From a virus (taxonomy: Duplodnaviria; Caudoviricetes): 57,629 bases of DNA. Shown here piece after piece: positions 35,749 through 45,507 of the stretch. Positions within the stretch are counted from its first letter, which is position 1. Each line of letters begins with the position of its first letter. A program made the position numbers and the translations under genes. The DNA is taken from IMG/VR virus record IMGVR_UViG_3300020044_003994, positions 1-57,629 of that record. One strand, written 5' to 3'. The notes beneath the pieces were generated by a model. The model made no database searches, was not told where the DNA came from, and saw only the letters and a list, made by a program, of their open reading frames with translations.

Positions 35749-35749
35749 A

Positions 35750-36100
35750 TCAACCAACCTTCCAATTTGTGCCGTCTGAATACACGGGGGTAGCCACTGC
35801 CCCACCTGTCACCACGGTTGCCCCAAACACTGGAGCCAAAGCATCAGATACAAAAGCTCTAGCCCCCTTACCGCTGGTAACTGCACTTGGTAACGTTACC
35901 ACCGTGTAGACAGTGGTTGAAATTGTGTTGAGTGTCGTTGCATTAAGCTGAGCAAAGAGACTGTCCAGGCGGTTGAAGTACAGCCTCAAAACGTTGTTTA
36001 GCTGATCTTGATACGGGCGGTTGTATTCCTCAGTAGCAAGCGGCAAAGCTGGCGCTGCTACCTTATTGAGTGCAAAATCAGATGTGACGATTAAAGTCAT
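35750..36100 (-). CDS. Conserved tail-region protein
   Basis: APALPLA..EY...[14 protein letters not shown]; PVYSDGTNW. Confidence 0.65.
   Translation of the reverse strand: MTLIVTSDFALNKVAAPALPLATEEYNRPYQDQLNNVLRLYFNRLDSLFAQLNATTLNTISTTVYTVVTLPSAVTSGKGARAFVSDALAPVFGATVVTGGAVATPVYSDGTNWKVG
35889..35900. repeat. GGWAACGTTWCC site 10
   Basis: TGGTAACGTTACCA. Confidence 0.85.
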
Positions 36101-38424
36101 CTACGTCCATCCTGGCGGATGTCGATACGTGGTGAGCCAAGCTGCCAAGTCACACCTGCCGCCGTAGATCTAACCTCCATAGCTATCTGCCTCCCTCTCA
36201 CCCGAGTATAGATCTGCCCGGTAAATTCCTCTATAGGGAGAATGGCCGTTCTGGTGACAGTAGCATTGTTTTCTCCGCCCACCGATGCTGGAGTGTTATA
36301 CCCAGAGCCTGAGTTTTGCATGGGTTTGAGATACATCGTCACTTGTGGGCTAGCCGCAGTCGATCCCCTGAACGTAATGTCAGGCAGCACACGCCAAATA
36401 AACCCAAACCTATCCCCATCTTCCAAGTCAATCTCAGCAGATGTGATAAAAGCCTCAATTGGTAACGTTACCGCCGTAGTGTTATCGTCTACGCCTTGCT
36501 CGTGGTTCACGATGTTGTAGTCGTAGGTGGCAGCAAGGGGATAGTCTCGCAGACCGCTATCCAGCCAAGCCGTTCTAGCCATTGAGCCGTAGTACCAGCA
36601 GCCTTGACCCTGGTTTTCTGCGTAGTTGAAGACCACGTAGCTGTCAATATTTTTGCTTGTGCCAGAGCAATAGAACCACCAAATCTCATTAAAACCCTCG
36701 TTTGTTCCTGCAAGAACCTGGGTAAATTGAGATTTATTGATGGTTGAAAACACGTATTGGCGCAAATCGCAATTCTGTGTCTGGGTTCTACCATCGTATT
36801 TGTAGAACTTATCCACACCCATCCAGTACGCCACGCCGTTAGCGTAAGCAACAGCGTTTTCTGATGCAATAGAAATGTTATCGCCAACAATTTGTGGAGC
36901 CCATACATTAGGGGCTCCCACATACTGTAGAGAATAAAGAGATGAATCAGTCCACACCAAGATTTCTTGACGGGCCTGCATGGCTGTAATAATCTGTGAC
37001 CCGTGCGAAAGGTAAGTAAATCCAGCATCGACAGTGGGGCTTGGCGTCCAATTGAAAGGATCTCCCTGGTCTGACCAGCGGATAATCATTGGATTAAACG
37101 TGGCAGATCCGTACTCCGTGGCCCCGAAAGCAAACACAAATCGGCTGGAATCAGATACCAATATGTAATTTTGGGCAATCGGAACATCTGTTGCGCCACC
37201 GTAATCTGCCAAATCTATGGCTCTAGAAGAAATCTTGTGAACCCCTGATTGTGATCCGGTGGTGGCTATGGCAGATCCACCGTAGGTAGCAGACAAATTA
37301 CACGAGGTTCCCGATGAATTGATGACGTAGTACACCTGCCCCACGTTCAATCCAGTAGGCAGCGCACCCGTTGTAGTCAGCACAATTGCCATCCCATCAG
37401 CCAATGTAATGGATGTAGACAGCACTCCCGGCGTAGCAATCGTCACGGTGAATGTCGTGCCTGTCAATCCAAATGAGGCATCCCAATAGTAAATACTACC
37501 GCCGCTTGGGCCAAAAATCAGATCTTCGCCAAAGTTACTTTGACTCCATACACGGAACGTTTGCTGCGATTCTGTTCCATTTCCCCAGGTTCCAGACCCC
37601 CACGTTCCTGCACCCCACCCAACAACCGCAGCAGCATATGAAGCGCCCGTAGCTATTTGATAAGCAGCCCGAACAGTGCCTCCGCCCGTAGCAGTAGAAG
37701 AAGCCTTAGCCGTTACCGTGCAAATCCCTGATTGAGTTGAGCCTGTGGTATTAATTGCAGCCCCGCCAGAGGTCAAAGACAGGCTGAATGTATAGTCCGA
37801 TGTAGCAACAACATAATAGGTTGTTCCTGCCACAAAAGGGTAAGGCAGTGTACCCGTAGTGGATAACGTTACCTGAACATTGTTGGCAAGCTGAAACTGA
37901 GTTGTAAAAATGGCGCTACCAGCAAGCGAAATTGACGCTTCCGATTGCACCGGCACGGTGTAAGTGTTGGCCGTGGTGGTGTAGGTTAAAAGGTATTCCC
38001 CCAGCAAAGTAATGCCACCATTGGACGATGAGCCCGTGAAGGTTACATAGCCATTGTTTGAGTACCCGCCGTTTGCATCAGTGACCGTTACCGTGGACGA
38101 TCCACTCACCATAGCAAATGGATTGGTCAGCGTGTTGGTTTGATTGATCGGGGTTATATCGTAGTAAAAGCCACCGCTTTCGATGTAAAACTTTAAATTG
38201 GTTCCTACGCCCAGGAGCTTTTGTGCGCCAAGCGTAACCCATGCCCACAGGGAGCGGCACACACCAATAAACTTTTGTGCAGAGATTTGTTGCCAACCGC
38301 CAATTTTCTCTGGCGTACCCTGGCGAAAGCGAATCTTGTCACAGTCATACCACCCATTCTCACTGGTGTAACGGGTGTTCTCCTTGTTTACACCGGGCCT
38401 GAGTAGAAGTTTTTTGAGTGGCAT
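36097..38424 (-). CDS. Tail hub/nozzle (P22 gp10-like DNA stabilisation) protein
   Basis: 775 aa beta-rich; RFRQG.PEKIGGW, IRWSDQ, NEIWWFY, C-terminal DGRR; position. Confidence 0.65.
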   Translation of the reverse strand: MPLKKLLLRPGVNKENTRYTSENGWYDCDKIRFRQGTPEKIGGWQQISAQKFIGVCRSLWAWVTLGAQKLLGVGTNLKFYIESGGFYYDITPINQTNTLTNPFAMVSGSSTVTVTDANGGYSNNGYVTFTGSSSNGGITLLGEYLLTYTTTANTYTVPVQSEASISLAGSAIFTTQFQLANNVQVTLSTTGTLPYPFVAGTTYYVVATSDYTFSLSLTSGGAAINTTGSTQSGICTVTAKASSTATGGGTVRAAYQIATGASYAAAVVGWGAGTWGSGTWGNGTESQQTFRVWSQSNFGEDLIFGPSGGSIYYWDASFGLTGTTFTVTIATPGVLSTSITLADGMAIVLTTTGALPTGLNVGQVYYVINSSGTSCNLSATYGGSAIATTGSQSGVHKISSRAIDLADYGGATDVPIAQNYILVSDSSRFVFAFGATEYGSATFNPMIIRWSDQGDPFNWTPSPTVDAGFTYLSHGSQIITAMQARQEILVWTDSSLYSLQYVGAPNVWAPQIVGDNISIASENAVAYANGVAYWMGVDKFYKYDGRTQTQNCDLRQYVFSTINKSQFTQVLAGTNEGFNEIWWFYCSGTSKNIDSYVVFNYAENQGQGCWYYGSMARTAWLDSGLRDYPLAATYDYNIVNHEQGVDDNTTAVTLPIEAFITSAEIDLEDGDRFGFIWRVLPDITFRGSTAASPQVTMYLKPMQNSGSGYNTPASVGGENNATVTRTAILPIEEFTGQIYTRVRGRQIAMEVRSTAAGVTWQLGSPRIDIRQDGRR
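36461..36472. repeat. GGWAACGTTWCC site 11
   Basis: TGGTAACGTTACCG. Confidence 0.8.
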
Positions 38425-38432
38425 TTTTAACC

Positions 38433-38909
38433 CTATGACAAGAACATGGCTCGTTCATCGATACGCCGATTTTGCAGCCCTTTGAGTATTTTCCCACCTC
38501 CTAGGCAGTATTTCAATAGCTCATCCGCAGCGCCAAATTTATCGCCCCGGTTTAGCTTGGATCGTAGTGTGCTGCGCTGCAAAGTCCCTAGCCCCACATT
38601 GAATGAGAATGAAACCAGCGCATCAAACATTCCCTGAGTAAGAGGAACAGTGCAATAAGTTGCCACTCCCTTCTCAAACCTAGCAAGATCAGCTTTAAGT
38701 ATTGCATCCACCTCATCCTTTGTCCATACACGATTGTCTTCCGGGCGCAGGGGGAAGCTCATGCGCTCGGCCATTGGTATCTTGGCTTGTTCGGGGTACA
38801 GAACATGGCCGACACACGCAGTCCAGAGCAGAGCCGGGCATCTATATGGCCTGAATCGCACACCTTCATGGTGTTTTACCATCTCAATAGCTTTGGGGCT
38901 GACTTTCAT
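38433..38909 (-). CDS. Endolysin, GH24 lysozyme
   Basis: HEG...PY.CPA..WT..VGH, FDALVSF.FNVG, GL..RR..ER..F. Confidence 0.92.
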   Translation of the reverse strand: MKVSPKAIEMVKHHEGVRFRPYRCPALLWTACVGHVLYPEQAKIPMAERMSFPLRPEDNRVWTKDEVDAILKADLARFEKGVATYCTVPLTQGMFDALVSFSFNVGLGTLQRSTLRSKLNRGDKFGAADELLKYCLGGGKILKGLQNRRIDERAMFLS

Positions 38910-39421
38910 TTGCCAAAAGCCCTGCCACCAAAATGGAAGCTTATTATTGCCGCGAACAAAGCCTGGGTTTCGTCATCCCACAGTTGGTTTGCCATTTCCG
39001 CAAAGCTCACACTGCTGTTGAAGCCGTGCCAGATCAGGGCGCAGTCAATGCCCACCAGAAGCAAGAAGAAGCCGTAGGTGATGACTGGCCGTACCGATGC
39101 CCTCAGATTCTTCATCCAGACGCTTGTGCCCTCGTTTAAACTTGTATCGTGGGCGTATATGGCCTGCATCTCAGCCTGTTGAGCGCCGATCAGGGCTTGC
39201 TTCTCATTGGATTTGGTTTCCATCTCCAGTTGCTCTGACTTGATATGCTCGACCCGCTCTTGGGCCTCAAAGCCCAGTTTTCGCATCTCCAACTCCCGCT
39301 GGATCTGAAGCTGGGCCAAGGCCATCTCATGCTTCTTGTCACTGCGGTCTTGGAAGAATTCCAGCAGCTTGGGCAAGCCGCCCATCAGGAAAGAGATCAG
39401 GGTTGAAAATAGGGTCAGCAT
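38906..39421 (-). CDS. Holin-like membrane protein (3TM/GTA-holin-like)
   Basis: LRASVRPVITY, II.F.FG.R; adjacent to the endolysin. Confidence 0.65.
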   Translation of the reverse strand: MLTLFSTLISFLMGGLPKLLEFFQDRSDKKHEMALAQLQIQRELEMRKLGFEAQERVEHIKSEQLEMETKSNEKQALIGAQQAEMQAIYAHDTSLNEGTSVWMKNLRASVRPVITYGFFLLLVGIDCALIWHGFNSSVSFAEMANQLWDDETQALFAAIISFHFGGRAFGK

Positions 39422-40038
39422 TACTGTTTGCTCCTTGAAAGCATTGTTGCTGCTATGAGCAGCAGGTTTTTAATCTTCTCCATGTCTTCGGGCTGTTCAG
39501 CCCATCCAACGGTAATCTGTCCAATAAACCTACTTGGATCAGGTGGTACACCCACTCTACACCCAAAGGTCATGCCCTTCTCAATGTACCAAAGGCCAAT
39601 CTCGCTCTGCGCCTGGGTGTAAGACCCGCAGGTTATCTCTCCCGCCATCAGAGCCACCACATCCCTGTTGTTGGCTGCATTGGATGTAAACAGCCCGACA
39701 TCCAGCCCATCATTGATCTTGTCCCGGCCTTCCTTTGTGTAGGCTCTGTGTAGCACCCTTGTGCCAAACATTGGGTTGACCTTAAACACTGCCACCACCA
39801 CCGCCCCGGCGTGTTTAAACAAGTGAGAAGCAGCATCCTCAATTCTGTCTTCTGCGATGGAGGGCATCTTCTGGTTCTCCCGGTATGCCCCCACCAACAA
39901 TTCTTGGTTCTGCCAAAGAAAATACCCTGTAAACGTTACCACCCCCATCACCAGGATGGCGATTAGCTTGAATGGGCTGTCCACATAGGCCAGCACCTTG
40001 CTCAAGGTGTCATCTGGGTTCGGCTTCTCGTTTGGCAT
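39421..40038 (-). CDS. Membrane-anchored hypothetical protein
   Basis: N-terminal TM helix. Confidence 0.6.
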   Translation of the reverse strand: MPNEKPNPDDTLSKVLAYVDSPFKLIAILVMGVVTFTGYFLWQNQELLVGAYRENQKMPSIAEDRIEDAASHLFKHAGAVVVAVFKVNPMFGTRVLHRAYTKEGRDKINDGLDVGLFTSNAANNRDVVALMAGEITCGSYTQAQSEIGLWYIEKGMTFGCRVGVPPDPSRFIGQITVGWAEQPEDMEKIKNLLLIAATMLSRSKQ

Positions 40039-40231
40039 CTTCTTCAACCTGCTTACGCAGCTTTTCCACTTTTTCCATTTGAGCCTTGGCCTCTCGCTTC
40101 ACCACCATCGTGTCCACATACAACAACCCTACCAGAGGGATCATCAACACAAAGACCAGTGCAAACAGGATCAAGACCAGAAGGTATCCAAACGACCCCG
40201 ATGATGAAGACTGATCATCCACATTAGGCAT
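40010..40231 (-). CDS. Small membrane protein with coiled coil
   Basis: TM GYLLVLILFALVFVLMIPLVGLLY; start uncertain. Confidence 0.55.
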   Translation of the reverse strand: MPNVDDQSSSSGSFGYLLVLILFALVFVLMIPLVGLLYVDTMVVKREAKAQMEKVEKLRKQVEEDAKREAEPR

Positions 40232-40740
40232 ATCAGGTATCCGATTACGAAAACCACCAGCACCGTTTCCAAAACCCTGTCCAGTATCTGATTTTTTAAT
40301 CTTTGTCGCCGCCATGCCTTCACCCGCTTTTCGTGCAACTCCCGTGCCGCTTGCTCCGATTTCTGATCCAACAGCCGTTGATACTCATCAACAATTTCAT
40401 GCCAGAGATCAGGTTGACCCATCTCCCAGCGCACCATTCTCTCAAGATCGGCATAGAACTGCTTGGTCTGCCGCAGATACATCACGTTGTCTATGGCTTG
40501 TGTGGCAAGATCGTCTTTGATCCCCTTCTTTTGGTTCTCTTCACGCTGATACTGGGCCTTCTCATGGCTGGCCTCCAACTCTGCGTGCCCCTTGAAAAAA
40601 CTCGAAAGGGCTGTACCAACTTCACCTGTGATCTTTGACAGATCAGACCCGGTTTTCTTCAGGTCTTGGTAAACGCTGATGCAGCCCTTTATGCCTTCAT
40701 ATGCCCCTTTGCACAGGGCAAATGCGGTTATTGGATCAAT
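40171..40740 (-). CDS. Coiled-coil membrane protein with probable ATT start codon
   Basis: Frame open to ATT-GAT-CCA at 40740 with GGAG RBS; in-frame TGA just upstream. Confidence 0.6.
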   Translation of the reverse strand: MDPITAFALCKGAYEGIKGCISVYQDLKKTGSDLSKITGEVGTALSSFFKGHAELEASHEKAQYQREENQKKGIKDDLATQAIDNVMYLRQTKQFYADLERMVRWEMGQPDLWHEIVDEYQRLLDQKSEQAARELHEKRVKAWRRQRLKNQILDRVLETVLVVFVIGYLICLMWMISLHHRGRLDTFWS

Positions 40741-40904
40741 GGCTGCTCCGCAGGCTTGGCCTCTTCAGGCATTGGCACTTGAGGAATGGCTTGCTCACGA
40801 ATAGCCTGGATCATGTCAGCCACTTCAGCGTAAGGGCGTGTACCCAAATACTGCATGACGGCATTCACAAGGCCCAATGTCAATTCAATTTTCTTGTCGT
40901 TCAT
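40728..40904 (-). CDS. Small tail-fiber-associated protein
   Basis: LVNAVMQYLGTRPY.EV; GGAG RBS. Confidence 0.65.
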   Translation of the reverse strand: MNDKKIELTLGLVNAVMQYLGTRPYAEVADMIQAIREQAIPQVPMPEEAKPAEQPLIQ

Positions 40905-40958
40905 AAGTTGCTCCATGTAGTTGTCCGCTGTCAGGGCCAGCGGGTTGCCCTTTTTTAA

Positions 40959-41291
40959 TTATGCCAGCCAAGGCAGTGGCGGGGTCACCACAGGCGGGTT
41001 GATGGCGTTGTCGATCTGTTGCTGTACAGCCGCCTCTGTAGCGTCCTTGTCCACACCAGATGCCCAAATCCAGCCAAGCACTTGTTCTTGGGTTAATTGA
41101 GCATACGGCGTGTAGGGTGAGCCAGCGGTGTAGGTCACGCCACAAGTGCTGTAGACAGACCCGTTGTAGGTCTTGCCGTCTTGCTCTTGTGTGCTACTGC
41201 AAGTCCAGTGAACGGTGAAGACTACATCTGTTTCCCCTTCAGCTTGTGGGTAACAGTCCATTGCGGTAATTGACCATACGATGGTTGACAT
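40959..41291 (-). CDS. Tail-fiber-associated protein
   Basis: VVFTVHW.C, PY..LT.EQVLGW, PLPW. Confidence 0.7.
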   Translation of the reverse strand: MSTIVWSITAMDCYPQAEGETDVVFTVHWTCSSTQEQDGKTYNGSVYSTCGVTYTAGSPYTPYAQLTQEQVLGWIWASGVDKDATEAAVQQQIDNAINPPVVTPPLPWLA

Positions 41292-41309
41292 GGTTTACTC
41301 CTTTAAGGT

Positions 41310-43550
41310 TTATGGATGAGATGCTTTGTAGGCATCAAATTCTGCTTTGAGTTCTTGCAATGCTTTCATCAGCGCATATTGCAAATCTGTTTGGTAGATG
41401 GACAAACGCATCTTGGGTTCTTCAACTGTTCCCCAATTGCTTTCCATGACTAACTCGGGAGCAATGGCTTGCACATCTTGAGCAACAACACCTAATGTCA
41501 ATCCACCATCTTCTTCAAGATTTTGGTCAATATAGTTGAATGTCTGAACGGGTATTGCACAAATTTTTGCAAGATAGTCGCCAGCAGGCGTGAAATTTGT
41601 TTTCTCCCTGCGATCAGATAAGTTCACATTGTTGGCACTGTAATTAGCAATACCACCATTAGATCGAATTTCAGCCCTAAGAGTTGTTGTATCTAAACAA
41701 TACAAAAATGGCGCACCCGAATTATTTGGGGATGCTCCGCTATAGTAAAGCAGCATTCCTTGTGGGTTTGTTGCATTTTGGTTAATAACTCTTGATACAA
41801 AGCCTGTGGCAACTGAACCCGTAACATTTAATCTTTCTGATGCTATTGCACTCGTAGTCCCCACCAGCAAGTTACCGCTGGAGTCAATACGCATACGCTC
41901 GTTAAGGCTTGTCAGTACATCTGTTGTCGATTGGTGTGTATAAAATCTAAGCTGAGTTCCCCAATCATTTTCATTTTCTCTTGAAAAACCAATGCCCGAG
42001 CAAATTTGACCAGCATTTGTTCCTGTGCCACCGCCCAATAACATAACAGTGCTATTTGTTGCACCACCATTAGCGTTATTTAACTGGAATATCGAACTAG
42101 CACCTACTGCCGCACCAGTGGTATTTCCTGAAACAACTGCCCCAGCCAATTGCACATTTACTTTACCAACGCCTGTCTCAGTTGTGCCAATAGCCAAGTT
42201 ACCGCTGGCACTAAGGGTCATATCAATAGATGCACGATTTGTATAGTTAGTTCCAAATCGCATAGAAGCATTTGAATACTGCAAAAAATCAATAGTGCCG
42301 CTATTACCGTTTTTAGTCGCAATAAAATAATCACCACCACTTGAGTTTGCGCCATCGGCATCCCAAATAGCACTAACCGCCCTACTTCCAGCAGTTGCAG
42401 ATGCTGTTGCGTAAATTTGTATCCCAGCGTTATAACTTGCTGTAGTGCTTGCTGTTCTAAAATTGGCAACTGCAACTTGCCCCGATGCTTCAGTTCCTGT
42501 GGCAACTTCTAACTTATAAGCTGGCGAACTCGTCCCAATACCCACATTGATTGCGCTTGCGGTGTATAGGCTTGTGCTGGTTAGGCGCATACTTTCTGTG
42601 CCATCAATCGTGAATGGCATAGCACCACTAGAATTTGCGATGCTGTGTTGCGTAGTCCCATTGTTTAAATAGAGAATTGGCGTGGCTGCTGTGGAGCGAA
42701 TCGCCCCCGAAACATCCAACTTAACCCCCGGCGAACTCGTCCCAATACCCAAGTTACCGCTGGCATCCTTCACCAAGTCGCCGTTACCCACATTGAGCGT
42801 GTCGGTGCTGGCATCCCCAAGAGTCACATTGCCAGATGCAGTCAGCGTAGTAAACGCCCCTGTAGAAGCTGTGGTGGCACCAATCGACATATTGTTGATA
42901 GTGCCCACACCCGTAGATGTAAGAGCCAATGTCGGCGTGTTACTTGCCGTGAGAGTGATTAGATTGGTATAGGCTGTGCCATCCACATCGTAGGCGGCAA
43001 GCGACAAAGTGTTGGTGGCTGTCTTGGCTGATTTAAGCTGAGTGCCAGTTACATATGATGCTGCTTGTGTGATGGTGTCGGTGTCAGCGTCACCAAGGGA
43101 AGTGTTACCAGTGACGGTCAAATTAGTGAACGTACCAGGGCCAGCCGTGTTACTGATCTTGATGAAGTCTGATCCGTTCCAGGCGCACAGGGCTGATTCG
43201 CCCTTTGCAATCGTTACGCCTGAAGTTGGGCCTGCGCCCGCAAGAATAATAGATTGTGTGCCCGAGCTTGCATTGATGACCGTATAGATCTTTGACTGTG
43301 CCGGTGCAGTAATAGTGCGCGTAGCAGAACCGCCTGCCGTCCACAAAAGAATAGCCTCTCGTGCCGTATTAGACGATCCTTGAGTGGTGGTCAACGTTAC
43401 ATCTGAGTCTGCGGAAAGAGTGGTTGTTCCGGCAATTGCAGAGTCCAGCAATGAAGTAATGCCGTTATTGACCGTATCGCCCCATGTGCCACTTAATTCA
43501 CCGGTTACGGGAAGTGCAAAACCCAGGAGTGATGTATATGCTGTAGTCAT
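41310..43550 (-). CDS. Tail fiber with C-terminal intramolecular chaperone (Peptidase_S74-like)
   Basis: GNxGIGT modules; SDRREKTN..GVVAQDV..LMKALQEL. Confidence 0.85.
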   Translation of the reverse strand: MTTAYTSLLGFALPVTGELSGTWGDTVNNGITSLLDSAIAGTTTLSADSDVTLTTTQGSSNTAREAILLWTAGGSATRTITAPAQSKIYTVINASSGTQSIILAGAGPTSGVTIAKGESALCAWNGSDFIKISNTAGPGTFTNLTVTGNTSLGDADTDTITQAASYVTGTQLKSAKTATNTLSLAAYDVDGTAYTNLITLTASNTPTLALTSTGVGTINNMSIGATTASTGAFTTLTASGNVTLGDASTDTLNVGNGDLVKDASGNLGIGTSSPGVKLDVSGAIRSTAATPILYLNNGTTQHSIANSSGAMPFTIDGTESMRLTSTSLYTASAINVGIGTSSPAYKLEVATGTEASGQVAVANFRTASTTASYNAGIQIYATASATAGSRAVSAIWDADGANSSGGDYFIATKNGNSGTIDFLQYSNASMRFGTNYTNRASIDMTLSASGNLAIGTTETGVGKVNVQLAGAVVSGNTTGAAVGASSIFQLNNANGGATNSTVMLLGGGTGTNAGQICSGIGFSRENENDWGTQLRFYTHQSTTDVLTSLNERMRIDSSGNLLVGTTSAIASERLNVTGSVATGFVSRVINQNATNPQGMLLYYSGASPNNSGAPFLYCLDTTTLRAEIRSNGGIANYSANNVNLSDRREKTNFTPAGDYLAKICAIPVQTFNYIDQNLEEDGGLTLGVVAQDVQAIAPELVMESNWGTVEEPKMRLSIYQTDLQYALMKALQELKAEFDAYKASHP

Positions 43551-43559
43551 GTTTAAACC

Positions 43560-44381
43560 TCAAGTTACGACTTCTTCCCAATTGGCGGTCTGTTCGTCTG
43601 AAACATTTGACCAATTAGGAGTCTGCGGGTTGCTGATATTTTGCCACGATGCGACCTGCGTGTCATCTATAGGTTTCCAATAAACCGCAATAACATCACC
43701 TGCCGCACCTACTGCGCTTACGCCTGTCAAAGCCAGTGACCTTTCTGCCACTGACACTGTTCCAACGGATCCTGATGCCAACACTCCAGACAAAGCAATG
43801 GATATTCCACTGACAACCGTTCCCACGGAACCATCTGCCTGCAACGATGGCAGAGGGACAATTACTCCACCTGGGGATCCTGTTGCTAGATTACCCGTCA
43901 AACTGACCGCTGCGCTCTGAACAATTGTTCCTACGGCCCCAGAAGCCTCAACACCAGTCAAAGCACTGCTCTTGTCACCGGTAACGTTACCAGTGGCTCC
44001 AGATGCCTCAGAGCCCGTCAAGGCCACCAATCTTGATGTCGTGATAGTCCCAACTGCACCAGATGCCAATACGCTGGTAATTGCTGCATCTTGACCGCTG
44101 GTAACGTTACCAACTGATCCCGCCGCAGAAACACCCGTCAGCGCAACCTCTAGAGTTACCCCTACGCTACCAACATCCCCATATGCAATGTCTCCATCTT
44201 CACCCTCTGAGGTGCTGGGGGCCATTGTCCCAACAGCACCGGCAGCCAATACCCCCGAAAGGGCAATGATGAGATTTGGTGTGGCAGATCCTACCGCGCC
44301 TGTGGCGGTATTACCTGTGAGGTCAAGAGTACCGCCCCATCCGTTACTCCCCCATGTGCCATCACCCCACCCGAGAGACAC
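43560..44381 (-). CDS. Gly/Ser/Ala-rich repetitive structural protein
   Basis: WG.G.WG..GWGG; ALTGV.A.G.VG repeats; GTG start. Confidence 0.65.
   Translation of the reverse strand: MSLGWGDGTWGSNGWGGTLDLTGNTATGAVGSATPNLIIALSGVLAAGAVGTMAPSTSEGEDGDIAYGDVGSVGVTLEVALTGVSAAGSVGNVTSGQDAAITSVLASGAVGTITTSRLVALTGSEASGATGNVTGDKSSALTGVEASGAVGTIVQSAAVSLTGNLATGSPGGVIVPLPSLQADGSVGTVVSGISIALSGVLASGSVGTVSVAERSLALTGVSAVGAAGDVIAVYWKPIDDTQVASWQNISNPQTPNWSNVSDEQTANWEEVVT
43980..44111. repeat. GGWAACGTTWCC sites 12 and 13 (43980, 44100)
   Basis: GGTAACGTTACCA twice. Confidence 0.8.
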
Positions 44382-44392
44382 GGCCTACCCCT

Positions 44393-44869
44393 TTAGGTGG
44401 TAGCCAAGCGCAACAGAGCAGTCGAAGTCGTATTGGCAGGCATCGTCAATGTAAAGGTTCCAGCCGTGATCGTCTGGGAACCAAAGGTGTGAACACTAAC
44501 GGCCTTGTTACTCTGTGTTGAGTTATAGATTAACACTGCATCAAACGCCGTGGTCAGCGTCACCGTGGTGTAGCTGATCGAAGCCGAAGGCGTCCAGTAC
44601 GCTGTGCCTGCGGTTGTCGAGGTGTTTGAAGATAGCGGAGCCGTTGCGTTTGTGACTGTCACGCCGCCAGCAGAGTACCCAGTGCCAGACACTTCACCAG
44701 AGGCGGAATAAGCTGTGGTGGAAGCATTGATCGTTGCCGATGCAAGATACAAAGCCGCTTTAAACGTGTCAGCAGTGGTGGCTGCACGGATCGGTGCAGT
44801 GCCAAAGTTGTGGGTTGCTGTCAAAACCTCGCCCAAGAACGAAGTGGTCATTGCTTGTGTGTTACTCAA
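44393..44869 (-). CDS. Structural protein, paralog of 45504..45926
   Basis: TTSF..E, FK.ALY, Y.AGG, LIYNS...K.V.V..FG. Confidence 0.7.
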   Translation of the reverse strand: MSNTQAMTTSFLGEVLTATHNFGTAPIRAATTADTFKAALYLASATINASTTAYSASGEVSGTGYSAGGVTVTNATAPLSSNTSTTAGTAYWTPSASISYTTVTLTTAFDAVLIYNSTQSNKAVSVHTFGSQTITAGTFTLTMPANTTSTALLRLATT

Positions 44870-45302
44870 TTGAGTTCTCCTTAAGATAAGAGATTGCGTT
44901 TAAAAGAAATTTTGGATTATCCAAAAACAAACCTAATCCAGTGTTGCAGCGCATACAGAGTAACCCACGAACTGAGCCAGTGTTATGACAGTGATCTATA
45001 AAAAACATTCTAGTTCTGCCGCCCGGATTTTTGGTAAAACAAATAGCGCATTTGCCATTTTGTTTTTCCAACATATTTTCATATTGTTCTATCGTTATTC
45101 CATAAGTAGCTTTGATTTTGCTTTTGCGCTCAATCGCAAGAACTTTTTCTTTGTTATTTTTTCTGTACTCTTTGTTATAAGCTACCCTGCAAGATGTGCA
45201 TCTTGGAAAAGGCTTTCCGGGTCTTTGAGTTTTACTCACGGAAAAAGCAGACAGAGGCTTTTCCTCTTTACACGCAGTGCATGTATGCGTCAGCTTCGCC
45301 AT
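44862..45302 (-). CDS. Endonuclease VII-family nuclease (probable free-standing homing endonuclease)
   Basis: YGIT..QY..M...Q.G.CAIC, IDHCH.TG.VRGLLC..CN.GLG; AT-rich. Confidence 0.85.
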   Translation of the reverse strand: MAKLTHTCTACKEEKPLSAFSVSKTQRPGKPFPRCTSCRVAYNKEYRKNNKEKVLAIERKSKIKATYGITIEQYENMLEKQNGKCAICFTKNPGGRTRMFFIDHCHNTGSVRGLLCMRCNTGLGLFLDNPKFLLNAISYLKENSIE

Positions 45303-45312
45303 GATGTTTCCT

Positions 45313-45507
45313 TTAACCTAATGATGCGGCTTCAGCACCGGCAAAAACCGGCATTTTCTTCAGGGTCACATGGGCAGAACGGTGAACTAGCTCACCCTCC
45401 AACCAATATTCAACCCAAGTGGTTTGTTCATTGTCATTGTCCACGGTTCCTTCTCGCTTCTCAAGCAAAGAATCATCCATTTCGCCCTTGGTGGTCGTGA
45501 CTATCAA
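45313..45507 (-). CDS. Conserved small phage protein
   Basis: TTKGEMD..LLEK, WVEYW..GELVHRS.HV. Confidence 0.7.
   Translation of the reverse strand: MIVTTTKGEMDDSLLEKREGTVDNDNEQTTWVEYWLEGELVHRSAHVTLKKMPVFAGAEAASLG

Noticed and set aside
41310-43550. Diversity-generating retroelement or invertible tail-fiber switch
   Set aside because: No reverse transcriptase, TR/VR pair or invertase seen in the window
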